Of a stretch of DNA of 35,403 bases, positions 25,601 through 34,163 are shown piece after piece. The first letter of the stretch is position 1; each line of letters starts with the position of its first letter. Where the stretch lies: positions 1 through 35,403 of IMG/VR virus record IMGVR_UViG_3300020042_002516; one strand, given 5' to 3'. The translations under genes and the position numbers were made by a program. The stretch comes from a virus. Its lineage: Duplodnaviria > Caudoviricetes. The notes beneath the pieces were generated by a model. That model was not told the DNA's origin. It worked only from the letters and a program-made list of their open reading frames with translations, and ran no database searches.

Positions 25601-26887
25601 GTCGCCAATCTGCATGGAGCCGGTTCCAAGCATTCCGGCAGCGGAAGTGGCAATTGCCATGACGTTGCCAGTCTCAATGGCGTTGACTAAGTTGACGACC
25701 TGATTGGCCGTCTTAATTGCCGTGGCGACGTTGGCAAGACCAGCAGCACCAGCCGCCTCACTGACGCCCGGTATCCCCGCAAGTGACGCAAGTCCACCAA
25801 GGATGTTGCCGTTGTCAATGGAAATCAGCGCATTGGCGGCTGCTGCGAAAGGCTGCAATGGGGTTGGAATAGCAGCAAGAAATGAGATGATCGGGGCGAT
25901 GTCAGCCATGCTGCTGGTATCGCCTCCAAATTGCGTGTAGAAGTAGGGTGTGCCGTCAGCGGCGAACTGGACACCGTAGCCAGTACGGCCATGACCAATG
26001 TATGTTCCGCTAAAGATGTTGCCGTTCGCCGCGTTGTAGTTTTGCGTGTCAACAAAAGACTGCTTTGTGGCCTTGTTGCCAAAGGTTTCCCCGTAAACAG
26101 GAATGCTGGCTATGGCAGTTGTGGTCGGGTTACCTTCGCTGTCAAAACCGCTTTGCTGGCTTACGTTGGCGTCTTTTGGAAGGTCCAGCCTTCTTCCTGT
26201 AAAGCCTTCCCCATCGGCTGTTCGCTCATCAATTACATATCCCTGTGATAAATCAGATGGATCTTTTGGATAAGCAACTTGGTCGTATCGACTCACCACA
26301 CCGTTGAATTTGCCAAAGTCCTTGATGTCGTTCACGCCAATATTGGTCAGCATGCTCGCCATGACTTTGGCGTTTTCAACGGGGCTGCCATAACCAATGC
26401 CCGACCACTTCCCGGTTGTGCCTTGGTCAAGGATCTGCTTAGTGACGTTGTACTGGTTTACCGCGTCCTGGTTTGGGATGGAGGACAAGTCGTACTTGTT
26501 GTCCTTCAAAAACTTCATCTGTGCGTCAAGCGCAGCGAAATCACCGCCGGTGCTCATGCCGCCCCAGTTGGCGTTGCTGGCAACCCAACTCAGTGGGTCT
26601 GCCATTGCTTGGTCAATTATGCTTTGACCCGTAACATACCCAACCTTTTGAGTCCCATACACCCCCTCATCTTGGTTGTAAAACTCCTCGTCTTTGTAAA
26701 CTATGTCTTTGCTGTTAACAGGAATTAACTGCTCATCTTTGTAAATGAACTGACCCTGCGTGCCATCATCGTATGGATAGGTAACCACACGCCCAGTCAT
26801 GGCGTCGGCGGCCTCCCTCAAGCCGGGAATCTGCTCCGGCGTAAAAGGCTTCTTGAAACCCGCTCCTGCTCCACTGTATCCAGGCAT
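22676..26887 (-). CDS. Giant putative ejection protein with coiled coil, repeats and a C-terminal GPGDGQSDDIPAMLADGEFV domain
   Basis: 1403 aa; hydrophobic Gly/Ala segment, long EAER coiled coil, Cys-pair repeats, poly-Gly, three x-x-x-GG motifs, then a domain resembling the GPG...SD.IPA.LS.GE.V motif of tape-measure proteins. Confidence 0.65.
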   Translation of the reverse strand: MPGYSGAGAGFKKPFTPEQIPGLREAADAMTGRVVTYPYDDGTQGQFIYKDEQLIPVNSKDIVYKDEEFYNQDEGVYGTQKVGYVTGQSIIDQAMADPLSWVASNANWGGMSTGGDFAALDAQMKFLKDNKYDLSSIPNQDAVNQYNVTKQILDQGTTGKWSGIGYGSPVENAKVMASMLTNIGVNDIKDFGKFNGVVSRYDQVAYPKDPSDLSQGYVIDERTADGEGFTGRRLDLPKDANVSQQSGFDSEGNPTTTAIASIPVYGETFGNKATKQSFVDTQNYNAANGNIFSGTYIGHGRTGYGVQFAADGTPYFYTQFGGDTSSMADIAPIISFLAAIPTPLQPFAAAANALISIDNGNILGGLASLAGIPGVSEAAGAAGLANVATAIKTANQVVNLVNAIETGNVMAIATSAAGMLGTGSMQIGDTGLTVSDAMKAVNLVKAIESENPTAIFKAAVGFGTAPNIQKALNSPTTTLDADGQRVADVVDTNFVADLVDPNSENFLGGAEESLGTTLAAAPDNVKSFDTVLAGVKDSGSKYFGGAPVDSTTLEMPANNLAATTYTPENIGDVGNLLSGPSADVAGGGITVDLNTLEDLLGRPLRTGDIANQIGVLDANKPLPDITIIGKRADPNEDGSIFGGKEEENSDYEPVEETALGLSSAEAGRSEQQAVDEALKAGDQEVQADLEKAISDATVEAERIEAERLAAERAAAEVSRQEEIQRQAEVAQIEARKEAARQLEIAEAARLAKEAEDQAEAEKAAKDAKDEADRQAVIAAEAKAEADRVRQEAEAERLRQEEAERVRQQEAETERLRQEAAETERLRQEEADRQAELAKEAAALAEVERLETERLEAERAEAARLEAERIETERVEAERVEAARLDAERIEVERVRQQEAEAEILRQQEIERLAEEARLEAQNEAARQREFAEAARLAREAEDQAEAERLAQEAEDEAERQAAIVVEAQAEAERVRQEAVEAARIEAERLDTLLGLTPTEVDPLKVTPVIVEDGLGPVESVVVGDDTLKAGTGDDTLDGLLGLTPTVGNDRVEVTPVIVEDGLGPVESVVVDPEPPEPPEPFIVDPVVDPEPLKPVVCEPGFHDDGTGLCVSDEDKPETQECQIGEVRNLTTGLCEPAATTGGGGGGGGGGGGGGSTPVRRTATTIPFLLPTSERPIVTAPSINDDPVMRGALPDMPAETKFQGPLDQFLKLATESSTPKPQQPQQQQAGNMNDRLTYPQGGSDYFSYGQQSDIDNNLYPQFGQAPTDQPMDGALQYNQGGLAVPLMAAGGTRYGQYAGGGLNVVQHSGKQRVDFRKGDAVTGPGDGQSDDIPAMLADGEFVFPADVVAALGNGSTKAGSDKLYDMMHSIRSYHRSAKPKDLPPPAKKSPLDYLKGKKSTKARR

Positions 26888-26899
26888 ATCAATTCACCT

Positions 26900-27160
26900 T
26901 TAAGTTGACTGCGGCGCAGGATTTACAGCATTCACCAATGCTGCGGCCCAGTCAAACCAGTTGTCGAATTCCTCAGTCCTCGGCAACGCCTCGTTCGCAA
27001 AAACGTCAATCGCACCCAACCCGTTGCCCCAGGTCTTCCAGTCGGTCTGAGGATCAGGAATGATCAACTGCTGGGCAGCGTACAACTCCACCATGAGCGA
27101 TGCCCACGACTCAAACGTGTGATACCTCGGGTCATACACCAGCGCAGGATTAAGGGCCAT
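26900..27160 (-). CDS. Small Trp-rich virion-module protein
   Basis: YDPRYHTFESWA...DWKTWG...FDNWFDWA. Confidence 0.7.
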   Translation of the reverse strand: MALNPALVYDPRYHTFESWASLMVELYAAQQLIIPDPQTDWKTWGNGLGAIDVFANEALPRTEEFDNWFDWAAALVNAVNPAPQST

Positions 27161-30140
27161 AGGGCCTTACGTCGCCAATCTCGGCGTTCAGGAGCAGTCG
27201 GCCAAGCTGGTAGTCCCCACCGGCCACATCAGAAATGAACCTGAGCCGCAACTCACGGCGCTGCTCCCTCATGTCAATCTTGCCGATGTTCGGGCCAAAG
27301 ACGTAAGGGTCAGACTCCTTGTCCTCACCCTGGGCAAACGGCCTGCCGGTGACCACCACAGACATCTCGCCCTGCTGCAAGAAGTCTGGCTCGATCCGCT
27401 CGATCCGCAGCCAGCGGTTTAGACCTTCTACGGCGGTCTGGGACGGCCCTCCAGCGGTCAAGCTGAGGTCGCTGGTCTCAAAGTAGCTGCGGATGGCCAA
27501 GACGTTCTGGCCGTCCACTGCGTCAGTGCCAATCTCGTTTTGGAAAATCCTGATCAAACCCGCTTGGGTAGAAAAAGTCAGCAAGGTAGATCCGGACGCC
27601 GAGGCGGGGTTGGACATCAAAATGGCCTGGGTGTAAATCGCCGACACAAGCACAGCAAAACCTGATCCGCCACCAAGGGTTGCGCTGCTGGCACTCAGGG
27701 AGTCGCCGACTTGGTAGCCTGCGCCCCTGTTCGTGATGGTGACAGATGTGACCGCACCACCAGAGACAACAATGGTTGCAGTGGCGTTTTCCCCAGCGCC
27801 AAGAGTCAACGGCACGTTCGTGTAAGTAAGGTCGACGTAGCCTGAGCCAGCCGTGATCGCACCGAGCGTTTTGATGTTGCTCGTAGTGATCGCGGTGATT
27901 AATGTGTTTGCAGGGATGCCCGTGCCAGTAATCACCAGACCAATTTCAGCCAATGGGCTGGCTGTGTCAAGAAAGAGCAGTGAACTTCCAGAAACCCGTG
28001 GCATTGTTTCGGTAAACACAACCTCGGCCTCACTGACATCCCAGTCAGCCGCCACGGGAAAGGCAAACACCTGAGAGAAGTACCCGGCAGATCTGCGGGC
28101 ACCAAGAGCCTCACCAGCGTCGTACCAGACGTTCTCTCGCACGTTGTAGATGATCGCATCAGTGCATTCCGTCGCATCCCCACGAGGGTAAAACCACCAG
28201 ATCTCTCCGAACCTTGGAACTTTGGTCACCCAGACTTTTTGGCGTTGGGCGTAGTTCAGGTTGTCGAAAAAATAGTTCTGGTTCATCGTGTTGGGAATTT
28301 CCTTCACCACACCGTTGTAGAGCAGGAACCGGTCAACACCGCACCAGTAATAGATGCCGTCGTACTCAATGGCCGACTGGCTTGAAAGGATCGAAGACTG
28401 GCTGCTGATGATGTCATACCGCCAAAACTGCGGGGGGGTGCCAGTGCCGCCGATGAATGACACCCGGATGAGGCTGTCAAGGCTCCAGAACAGCCCAGAA
28501 GGCGCGTTTGAACCGCCCCTGACGGGTAGCCCTTGGACAACCTTTCCGGTGGCTACGTTGGTCGCATTGGCGTCCGTAGACACCCAGTCGTTGGTGTTGC
28601 CAGCCGAGCAGTTCTGGATCAGCCCGTTGTTGCCATACACGAACAAGTACGGGTGCAGGGACACAAGTCCTCCAGACACCGAGATGTTGTTGTTGAAGGT
28701 CAGGGTTGACTGGCCGGTGCCCGTTGCCGCATTAGAAATCACCACCTTGGTGTACAGCCCCAACGTAAACACCAGCCCGGTGGTTGCGTTGACGATGGTG
28801 GTGATCGCCCCGCCGCCACTGGTTGCCGACAGGGTAAATGTCGTCGTGAAGTTGGTGGCGATGATGTAGTAGGTTGTGCCTGACGCAAGGCCCGTTGCCT
28901 TGGGAACAGAAAACGTCAGCCCAGACAGGCTGTTGGCGGCGGTGCTAATTGAAGCCCCGCCAATTTCGTTTGACAGGGTGAACGTGGAAGTCCCGTTGGT
29001 CGCCGTGATGAAGTAGGTGACCCCGGAAGTGACGCCAGTAAAAAGCCTCACCGTAAACGTCAGCCCGGTGGTGGTTCCGGCAGTCGTCGTCAGAGCCGTC
29101 CCGCCTGGGGTGGCCGACAGCGTAAACGTCGAGGTGCCGTCAGTTGCAATGATGTAGTAAGTGAAGCCAGAAACAATGCCTGTTGCAGTACCGCTCAAGG
29201 TTCCAGAGACCACCACCGCTTGGCCAATGAACAGCCCGTTGATCGCCGTGCAGGAGCACTGCCCAGCCGTTCCTGTGACCGCTACAGCCGCCAAGGCGGT
29301 TCCGGCTTGCGTCCCTGTGACGTACACCGGCTGGTCAACGTAGAGGCCCGTGGTGGCCGTGCAGGAGAATGTTCCACCCGTTCCAGTGATGGCTACGCTT
29401 GCCAGCGCCTGAGAGCCTTGGACGCCAGAGACGGTGACCGATTGGCCAACAAAAAGCCCAGAGGTTGCGGTGCAGGAAAGCGTTCCGGCAACTCCAGTGA
29501 TTGACACCCCGGCCAAAATATCGGAGGCGTCCACCTTCGACACCACGGTGGTGCTTGCCGGTATGTTGGTTCCGGTGACGGTTTGACCCGCTCCAATCAG
29601 AGAGTTTGCCTGCTTCAGTGTGACCGAGGTGCTTGAGTTGACGAGAAATGCATTGGCCTCTTGAAAGACGCCGATTTGTGACATGGTCAAACCATTGATG
29701 TCACCAGACAGCACCGGGGTGTTCACCGTGCTGTCGATTGCGGCAAGGTTCTGGCCTGGGTGAGCAACGATGGCCTGGACGCCAGCGCCCGAGACATCGT
29801 AAAAACCATCAAACTGCCACAGGTTCAAGTTGGACTGCGTAAAGTTTGTCAGCACAAAGTCGTTGGCGCTTACCCCAATACCGTTGTCGTCGATCACAAG
29901 CGACTGAAGGCCGTTGTTGTAGCCACTGAAAATTGTGTTCAGCGAGTTTTGCGGGTTGACCCAAATGCCCCTTGATGGGCCATTTAAGTTGCTTGAGATC
30001 ACCCGGTAGCCGCCCATCTTTCTTGGCCGACCACGCTGAAAGCGTACCCACTGGCCATCGTTGTAGACGGCTTTGTCGTACACCGTGCCATCACGCTGGA
30101 TGCCCGGCAGCGTGTCAACTGAGAAAACCTTCTGAGCCAT
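27150..30140 (-). CDS. Tail nozzle / DNA stabilisation protein (P22 gp10-like) with inserted beta domains
   Basis: PGIQRDGT...DGQWVRFQRGRPRKMGG, YYWCG.DRF..YNG.V.EIP, EIWWFYP...C...IIYN..E.VWY, RIERIEPDF, R..R...LRF.S. Confidence 0.8.
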   Translation of the reverse strand: MAQKVFSVDTLPGIQRDGTVYDKAVYNDGQWVRFQRGRPRKMGGYRVISSNLNGPSRGIWVNPQNSLNTIFSGYNNGLQSLVIDDNGIGVSANDFVLTNFTQSNLNLWQFDGFYDVSGAGVQAIVAHPGQNLAAIDSTVNTPVLSGDINGLTMSQIGVFQEANAFLVNSSTSVTLKQANSLIGAGQTVTGTNIPASTTVVSKVDASDILAGVSITGVAGTLSCTATSGLFVGQSVTVSGVQGSQALASVAITGTGGTFSCTATTGLYVDQPVYVTGTQAGTALAAVAVTGTAGQCSCTAINGLFIGQAVVVSGTLSGTATGIVSGFTYYIIATDGTSTFTLSATPGGTALTTTAGTTTGLTFTVRLFTGVTSGVTYFITATNGTSTFTLSNEIGGASISTAANSLSGLTFSVPKATGLASGTTYYIIATNFTTTFTLSATSGGGAITTIVNATTGLVFTLGLYTKVVISNAATGTGQSTLTFNNNISVSGGLVSLHPYLFVYGNNGLIQNCSAGNTNDWVSTDANATNVATGKVVQGLPVRGGSNAPSGLFWSLDSLIRVSFIGGTGTPPQFWRYDIISSQSSILSSQSAIEYDGIYYWCGVDRFLLYNGVVKEIPNTMNQNYFFDNLNYAQRQKVWVTKVPRFGEIWWFYPRGDATECTDAIIYNVRENVWYDAGEALGARRSAGYFSQVFAFPVAADWDVSEAEVVFTETMPRVSGSSLLFLDTASPLAEIGLVITGTGIPANTLITAITTSNIKTLGAITAGSGYVDLTYTNVPLTLGAGENATATIVVSGGAVTSVTITNRGAGYQVGDSLSASSATLGGGSGFAVLVSAIYTQAILMSNPASASGSTLLTFSTQAGLIRIFQNEIGTDAVDGQNVLAIRSYFETSDLSLTAGGPSQTAVEGLNRWLRIERIEPDFLQQGEMSVVVTGRPFAQGEDKESDPYVFGPNIGKIDMREQRRELRLRFISDVAGGDYQLGRLLLNAEIGDVRPYGP
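28755..29519 (-). repeat. Three 37-aa repeats followed by three 48-aa repeats within the nozzle gene
   Basis: A units 29519-29409, 29408-29298, 29297-29187 (VxITGxxGxxSCTAxxGLxVGQxVxVSG). B units 29186-29043, 29042-28899, 28898-28755 (TGxxSGxTYYIIATxxTxTFTLSATxGGxA...GLxF). Confidence 0.9.
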
Positions 30141-31376
30141 TTAGAACGCACCGCCAGAAACGCCGCCAGTGAAAGTTCCGGTGCCCGGAACAGTCACCCC
30201 AGTGGCACTAAGTGCAAACATTTGAATGCCCAAAACGGAAAGGTTAAATTGGCCTGAGCCTGCCCGAAAAATACCCGTATTTGTCTCCGACGCAAAGTTC
30301 AGAGACGGCGCACCAGCCGTACCATCAACAAGAGAGATGTTGGCCGCTCCCGCTGCAATCGTGGTGGCGTTAAGCAAGTTGACTGAGTCGCATAGCAAGA
30401 TCACCTGCTGGCCAGCAGGCACAGTCGCAGTGCCGCCACCAGACCCTGTAGTAAACGTGATCTGGTAGCCAGATGCGCCGCCATTGGTCTGGTTCGTGAT
30501 GTAGTACACCTGAACTGTCTGAGGCAGGTTTACGGTCACGTTGCCAGAAAGAGTTCCGGTGTACTTCTGAACCACGTTTGCCGCTTCTGCCGAAGTCAGC
30601 GTGTAGGAGCCAGAGACAACCGCTTTTGTCAACTGTGTAAAGTTGAATTGCGTATTTCGGCCAAGTCCAACCGTAAAGAAGGCCGACCCCGAGCAGACGA
30701 TAAACGAAGAGTCCCCAGGCTGTAGTGCGATTGATGCCGCCCCATTGATCAGTCCGGATGCAGGCGTTACCGTGAGAGTTCCAGTTCCGCCGTTGCGGAT
30801 CATGAAGAACCAGTCGTTGCCAAGAGTGGAGGCCGAGGTAATGCCAAGAGTTCCAGATCCGCCCGTCCAAACGTAAGATTTGGCCCTGTCAGAATCAATT
30901 GCCGTGTAGTTGCTTGAAAAGCTCTGTACGGTGTGTGACTGGTTCAAAGTCGTGGACACAGCCTTCAATCCATACCCAGCAAGGGTCGCCGCATCAGCGC
31001 TTGAGCTTCCAACACCAAAGGAGATGATCCCCCAGGTTCCAGCCGTGGTGGCGTTGGTGGTGATGTAGATGTACTTAGCCTCACCAGACGCGACAGAGAC
31101 GATGGTGTTGCCAACATAGTCAGCCACCGTGAAGGTGGTCGCCCCCACGTTCCGGATTAGCGCATCCTGGCCAACAGATGCCTGATTTGCCGGGGGCATC
31201 TGAAGCAGCAGGCTGCCCGCAGAGGCCGTGACGTTCATGATCCTAGCGGCAGCATTGTCCGTGTCGCTGCCGTTGATCGGCCATGACAAGGTTGTGGTGA
31301 CGCTCAAGGTGATCGCACGGAACGAAACGTCCGTCGGCTGGATCACTTGTCCCGTGAAGGGCGAGGTAAAACTCAT
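30141..31376 (-). CDS. Tail-associated structural protein (needle/fibre-like)
   Basis: Thr/Ser/Gly-rich beta protein; YTGTLSGNVTVNLP...YYITNQT, DGTAGAPSLNFASETNTGIFR. Confidence 0.7.
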   Translation of the reverse strand: MSFTSPFTGQVIQPTDVSFRAITLSVTTTLSWPINGSDTDNAAARIMNVTASAGSLLLQMPPANQASVGQDALIRNVGATTFTVADYVGNTIVSVASGEAKYIYITTNATTAGTWGIISFGVGSSSADAATLAGYGLKAVSTTLNQSHTVQSFSSNYTAIDSDRAKSYVWTGGSGTLGITSASTLGNDWFFMIRNGGTGTLTVTPASGLINGAASIALQPGDSSFIVCSGSAFFTVGLGRNTQFNFTQLTKAVVSGSYTLTSAEAANVVQKYTGTLSGNVTVNLPQTVQVYYITNQTNGGASGYQITFTTGSGGGTATVPAGQQVILLCDSVNLLNATTIAAGAANISLVDGTAGAPSLNFASETNTGIFRAGSGQFNLSVLGIQMFALSATGVTVPGTGTFTGGVSGGAF

Positions 31377-32011
31377 TATGAATCCCTTGCAATTGCCTGA
31401 CGGTCAGCCACCCTAGTGAGGTTTTCTTCCTTCAGGACTTGGATGATGCGGTCATAGTTGCCCTGCCACATTGGCATGCGCTCGTCGTTCTTGAGGAACG
31501 GCATAGCCTGCAACAGGGAGCCGTAAAGCAGCGCCTGGGGGGCGTACTCTGTAAACCAATTCGACTGGTTGCTTGAATCAAGAGGCTGCGCACGCTCGTA
31601 GTACAGCACCTCGTAGGCGTAGGCCAACGCTGGTGTAGGGCCAACCAGCCAGTGCTCGTAGTCGTAGTCACAAAAGAACTTTGGCACATCCGTTGATGCC
31701 GGGTCTGGCCAATACTCGCGGATGTACTCGTAGGTGCGCAGCAGAACAGGCTGGCGCTTGCCTGCCACTGTCACGTTCATTGAGACCGTCTTGCGCCATC
31801 TCGCAGGTTTTGCAATGACGTTGTTGGCCTGAACCATGTTGCTGGTGACCACCACCAAATTGCCGAGAAATTTAATCTCAGACGCAATGATCTGTTCCGC
31901 CAGCATGATGAACTGGGGGATTTTGTCAAGCGTGGCTTGGTCGGTACGCTCCAAATAAGTCTGGATGTCGTCGACCAGCGAGTCATACGTCATTACGGCA
32001 GCGACTGTCAT
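31376..32011 (-). CDS. Head-tail adaptor protein
   Basis: MTYDSLVDDIQTYLERTD...IPQFIMLAE...GPTP...NWFTEYAPQALLYGSL..A.PFLKNDER...W...Y. Confidence 0.8.
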   Translation of the reverse strand: MTVAAVMTYDSLVDDIQTYLERTDQATLDKIPQFIMLAEQIIASEIKFLGNLVVVTSNMVQANNVIAKPARWRKTVSMNVTVAGKRQPVLLRTYEYIREYWPDPASTDVPKFFCDYDYEHWLVGPTPALAYAYEVLYYERAQPLDSSNQSNWFTEYAPQALLYGSLLQAMPFLKNDERMPMWQGNYDRIIQVLKEENLTRVADRQAIARDS

Positions 32012-32022
32012 TTTGTTCTCCG

Positions 32023-32364
32023 TTATCCGACGTTGCGCTCAAAGTGCGGGCAATCGACCAGAGATTTAAAATTGCCACCCCAGCGGTTTTTGGGGTGCAA
32101 AGACTCCCAGAATGCGCCAAGAGGAGCAAGTTGCCCCTTGTCCCAGATTATCTTCCCGTCCTTGAAGAAGTTCAAGTCAATGGCGCAGCGCTTGAGGTGG
32201 ATCGAATTTAAGGTCTTAGAGCGGCCCGTCTTGACGTAGATGGCCTGCTGCTCAGGGGTGCGGGCCAACTCGCCTCCAGTGACCATCCAGCCCTCTTCTG
32301 TGGCATGTTGGATCAGCTTGCAGGCGTCCAGCAGAAACGCGGCTTGTTCTTGGCTCAGGCTCAT
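32023..32364 (-). CDS. Endolysin, peptidase M15 family
   Basis: RTPEQQ...SKTLNSIHLKRCAIDLN...RWGGNF...DCPHFE (SxH...D...H zinc ligands). Confidence 0.9.
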   Translation of the reverse strand: MSLSQEQAAFLLDACKLIQHATEEGWMVTGGELARTPEQQAIYVKTGRSKTLNSIHLKRCAIDLNFFKDGKIIWDKGQLAPLGAFWESLHPKNRWGGNFKSLVDCPHFERNVG

Positions 32365-32879
32365 TTGTCGCCCCCCTTCCGCATCTCCATGACCTTCTCA
32401 ACGGTGCGGCCACCAAAGTAGGCGGTCATCACCAGCATGCCCCACTGGCCCAGCAGCGCGACGTAGGACTCTTCCACCTGAATGCCTGCGGCACTCAGAC
32501 CGGCAAAGACCACATAGGCGGTCAAAAGATAGATTAGCGTTCCAGGGCGGATGTTCTTGGACAGCCACGAGTCGGAGGACATGTCAGCCTTCCAGCGGTC
32601 GCTGATGTTGTTTTCTTGGTTGGCCTGAGCCGCCAGCAGGGCTTTGAGTTCTTCCTGCTCCAGGCGGGCCTTTTCAATCCCCAACTCAAGCAGCCGCTCC
32701 TCATGGTCGTACTGGAGTTGGCGCAGTTTGCTGACCTCCTCCGGGCTGGGGTCATCAGAGATCTTGATGCCGAGCTTTTCCTCGACCACCTGCTTGCCCT
32801 TGGCCTGAATGGCAGATGACAAAAGGCCCAGACCGTTCTGGGCCAGCGTACCAAGCAGTGACGCAACGATGGGGATCAT
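32361..32879 (-). CDS. Holin, GTA 3TM-like family
   Basis: RWKADMSSDSWLSKNIRP, two hydrophobic helices, AYFGGRTVEK. Confidence 0.8.
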   Translation of the reverse strand: MIPIVASLLGTLAQNGLGLLSSAIQAKGKQVVEEKLGIKISDDPSPEEVSKLRQLQYDHEERLLELGIEKARLEQEELKALLAAQANQENNISDRWKADMSSDSWLSKNIRPGTLIYLLTAYVVFAGLSAAGIQVEESYVALLGQWGMLVMTAYFGGRTVEKVMEMRKGGDK

Positions 32880-33187
32880 TACTTCTTCTCCAATTGATTT
32901 TTGATGACTGCAATGTCCTGACGGTTGTGCTGGATGTCGTCGCGGTTCTTCTGAATCTCAATTGACAGGTCTTGACGCAGCCGCTCACGGGCCAACTCTG
33001 CGCCGGTGTTCGTCGCCTGCTTGTTGTCCGATGTGACAACCAGCGAAATTTTGCTGTTCAGGATGGTGACCTCATGGCTCAAGTTCGCCAGGGCCGACAT
33101 GAGGTAGACGACACAGGTGAAAAGCAGCGGGAGGACGGCGAACGTCAACTTCTCAATCAGTGCGCCTTTTGCGGATTCGTCAGCCAT
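32879..33187 (-). CDS. Membrane-anchored coiled-coil protein (lysis-associated?)
   Basis: N-terminal TM segment FAVLPLLFTCVVYLM followed by a coiled coil. Confidence 0.6.
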   Translation of the reverse strand: MADESAKGALIEKLTFAVLPLLFTCVVYLMSALANLSHEVTILNSKISLVVTSDNKQATNTGAELARERLRQDLSIEIQKNRDDIQHNRQDIAVIKNQLEKK

Positions 33188-33403
33188 TTACATCCCCAGA
33201 AGTTTTTTGACAAACTCGGCTGCTACGCCGGGGCCAAGCAACACAACCGCGATCAAAATGTACAAGAGGTACTCGATCTTGGTCATGCGCTTGCTACCCT
33301 CGTCGAAACGGGCTTGAATGCCCTCATACCGTTGAGCGCAAATTGCCTCGTGAACACTTAGACGCTTGTCGGTTTCAGTGGCAAGTTCGTGAATGGGTTC
33401 CAT
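33188..33403 (-). CDS. Small holin/XhlA-like protein
   Basis: RLSVHEAICAQRY..I..RF...MTKIE plus a C-terminal TM segment. Confidence 0.6.
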   Translation of the reverse strand: MEPIHELATETDKRLSVHEAICAQRYEGIQARFDEGSKRMTKIEYLLYILIAVVLLGPGVAAEFVKKLLGM

Positions 33404-33429
33404 TGGGCAATTTCCGCTCGGATTAACGT

Positions 33430-33591
33430 TTACTCAGCAGCAGGCACTTCTGCTGGGACTGCCGGGGCAGCCTGAGCCTGGGCCTCTTGCTGAATGCCAT
33501 TGATCAATTGCTGAACCTCAACAAATGGGCGTTGACCCAAATATTGCAGGATGCCGTTCACCAGTTGCGTTGACAAAGTCACTTTTTCCAT
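33430..33591 (-). CDS. Small conserved phage protein
   Basis: LVNGILQYLGQRPFVEVQQLINGIQQEAQAQ; GGAG RBS. Confidence 0.7.
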   Translation of the reverse strand: MEKVTLSTQLVNGILQYLGQRPFVEVQQLINGIQQEAQAQAAPAVPAEVPAAE

Positions 33592-33645
33592 TTTCATTCT
33601 CCGTGTTGTTGCCGCTGTCAGGGCCAGCGGTTTGCCCTTTTTCAA

Positions 33646-33978
33646 TTATGCCGAAGGGGCCAGCCAAGGCAAAGGCGGCTGGATGGTGGGCGGGTTGATC
33701 TGGTTGTCGATCTGAGCCTGCACAGCGGCCTCTGTAGCGTCTTTGTTGACGCCGTTGGCCCAGCACCAGCCCAAGACCTGATCTTGCGTCAAATCGGCGT
33801 ATGGCGTGAACGTGCCGCCTTCTGCTGGCAGCGGGAAAGAGCAAGTGGAGTACACAGTGCCTGAGTACAGCCCGTCAACGCCAGAACAGCGCCAGCCTGC
33901 GGTCAGGACGACTTCAGGAGGGGTTGCGGTGGTGGGAGTGGTTTGCATCCACTCTACAAGCCAAGTGATGGTGGTCAT
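33646..33978 (-). CDS. Tail-fibre-associated protein
   Basis: TWLVE...VV..AGWR...FTPYADLTQDQVLGW...QINPP...LPW; AAGGAG RBS. Confidence 0.75.
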   Translation of the reverse strand: MTTITWLVEWMQTTPTTATPPEVVLTAGWRCSGVDGLYSGTVYSTCSFPLPAEGGTFTPYADLTQDQVLGWCWANGVNKDATEAAVQAQIDNQINPPTIQPPLPWLAPSA

Positions 33979-33981
33979 GAT

Positions 33982-34146
33982 TTAAGCTCCTTGATTGACG
34001 GTAGAAAACATTTTTGCAACTTTTTCAATTTGGTCGCGTTCGCAAAAGATTGACAGTGTGTGGTCTTTGTCAATTTCAATTAAAGCCTCGACCATTTCAC
34101 TACCCCACTCTGTTTTTGTGGGTGCTTGCTGCCAATTTAAATCCAT
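33982..34146 (-). CDS. Small hypothetical protein
   Basis: MDLNWQQAPTKTEWG...EIDKDHTLSIFCE; AAGGA RBS. Confidence 0.6.
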   Translation of the reverse strand: MDLNWQQAPTKTEWGSEMVEALIEIDKDHTLSIFCERDQIEKVAKMFSTVNQGA

Positions 34147-34163
34147 GGTGATTTCCTTTAAGG

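Noticed and set aside
17928-32900. Numerous plus-strand ORFs over the structural genes
   Set aside because: Antisense artefacts of GC-rich, low-complexity coding sequence, with no recognisable motifs.
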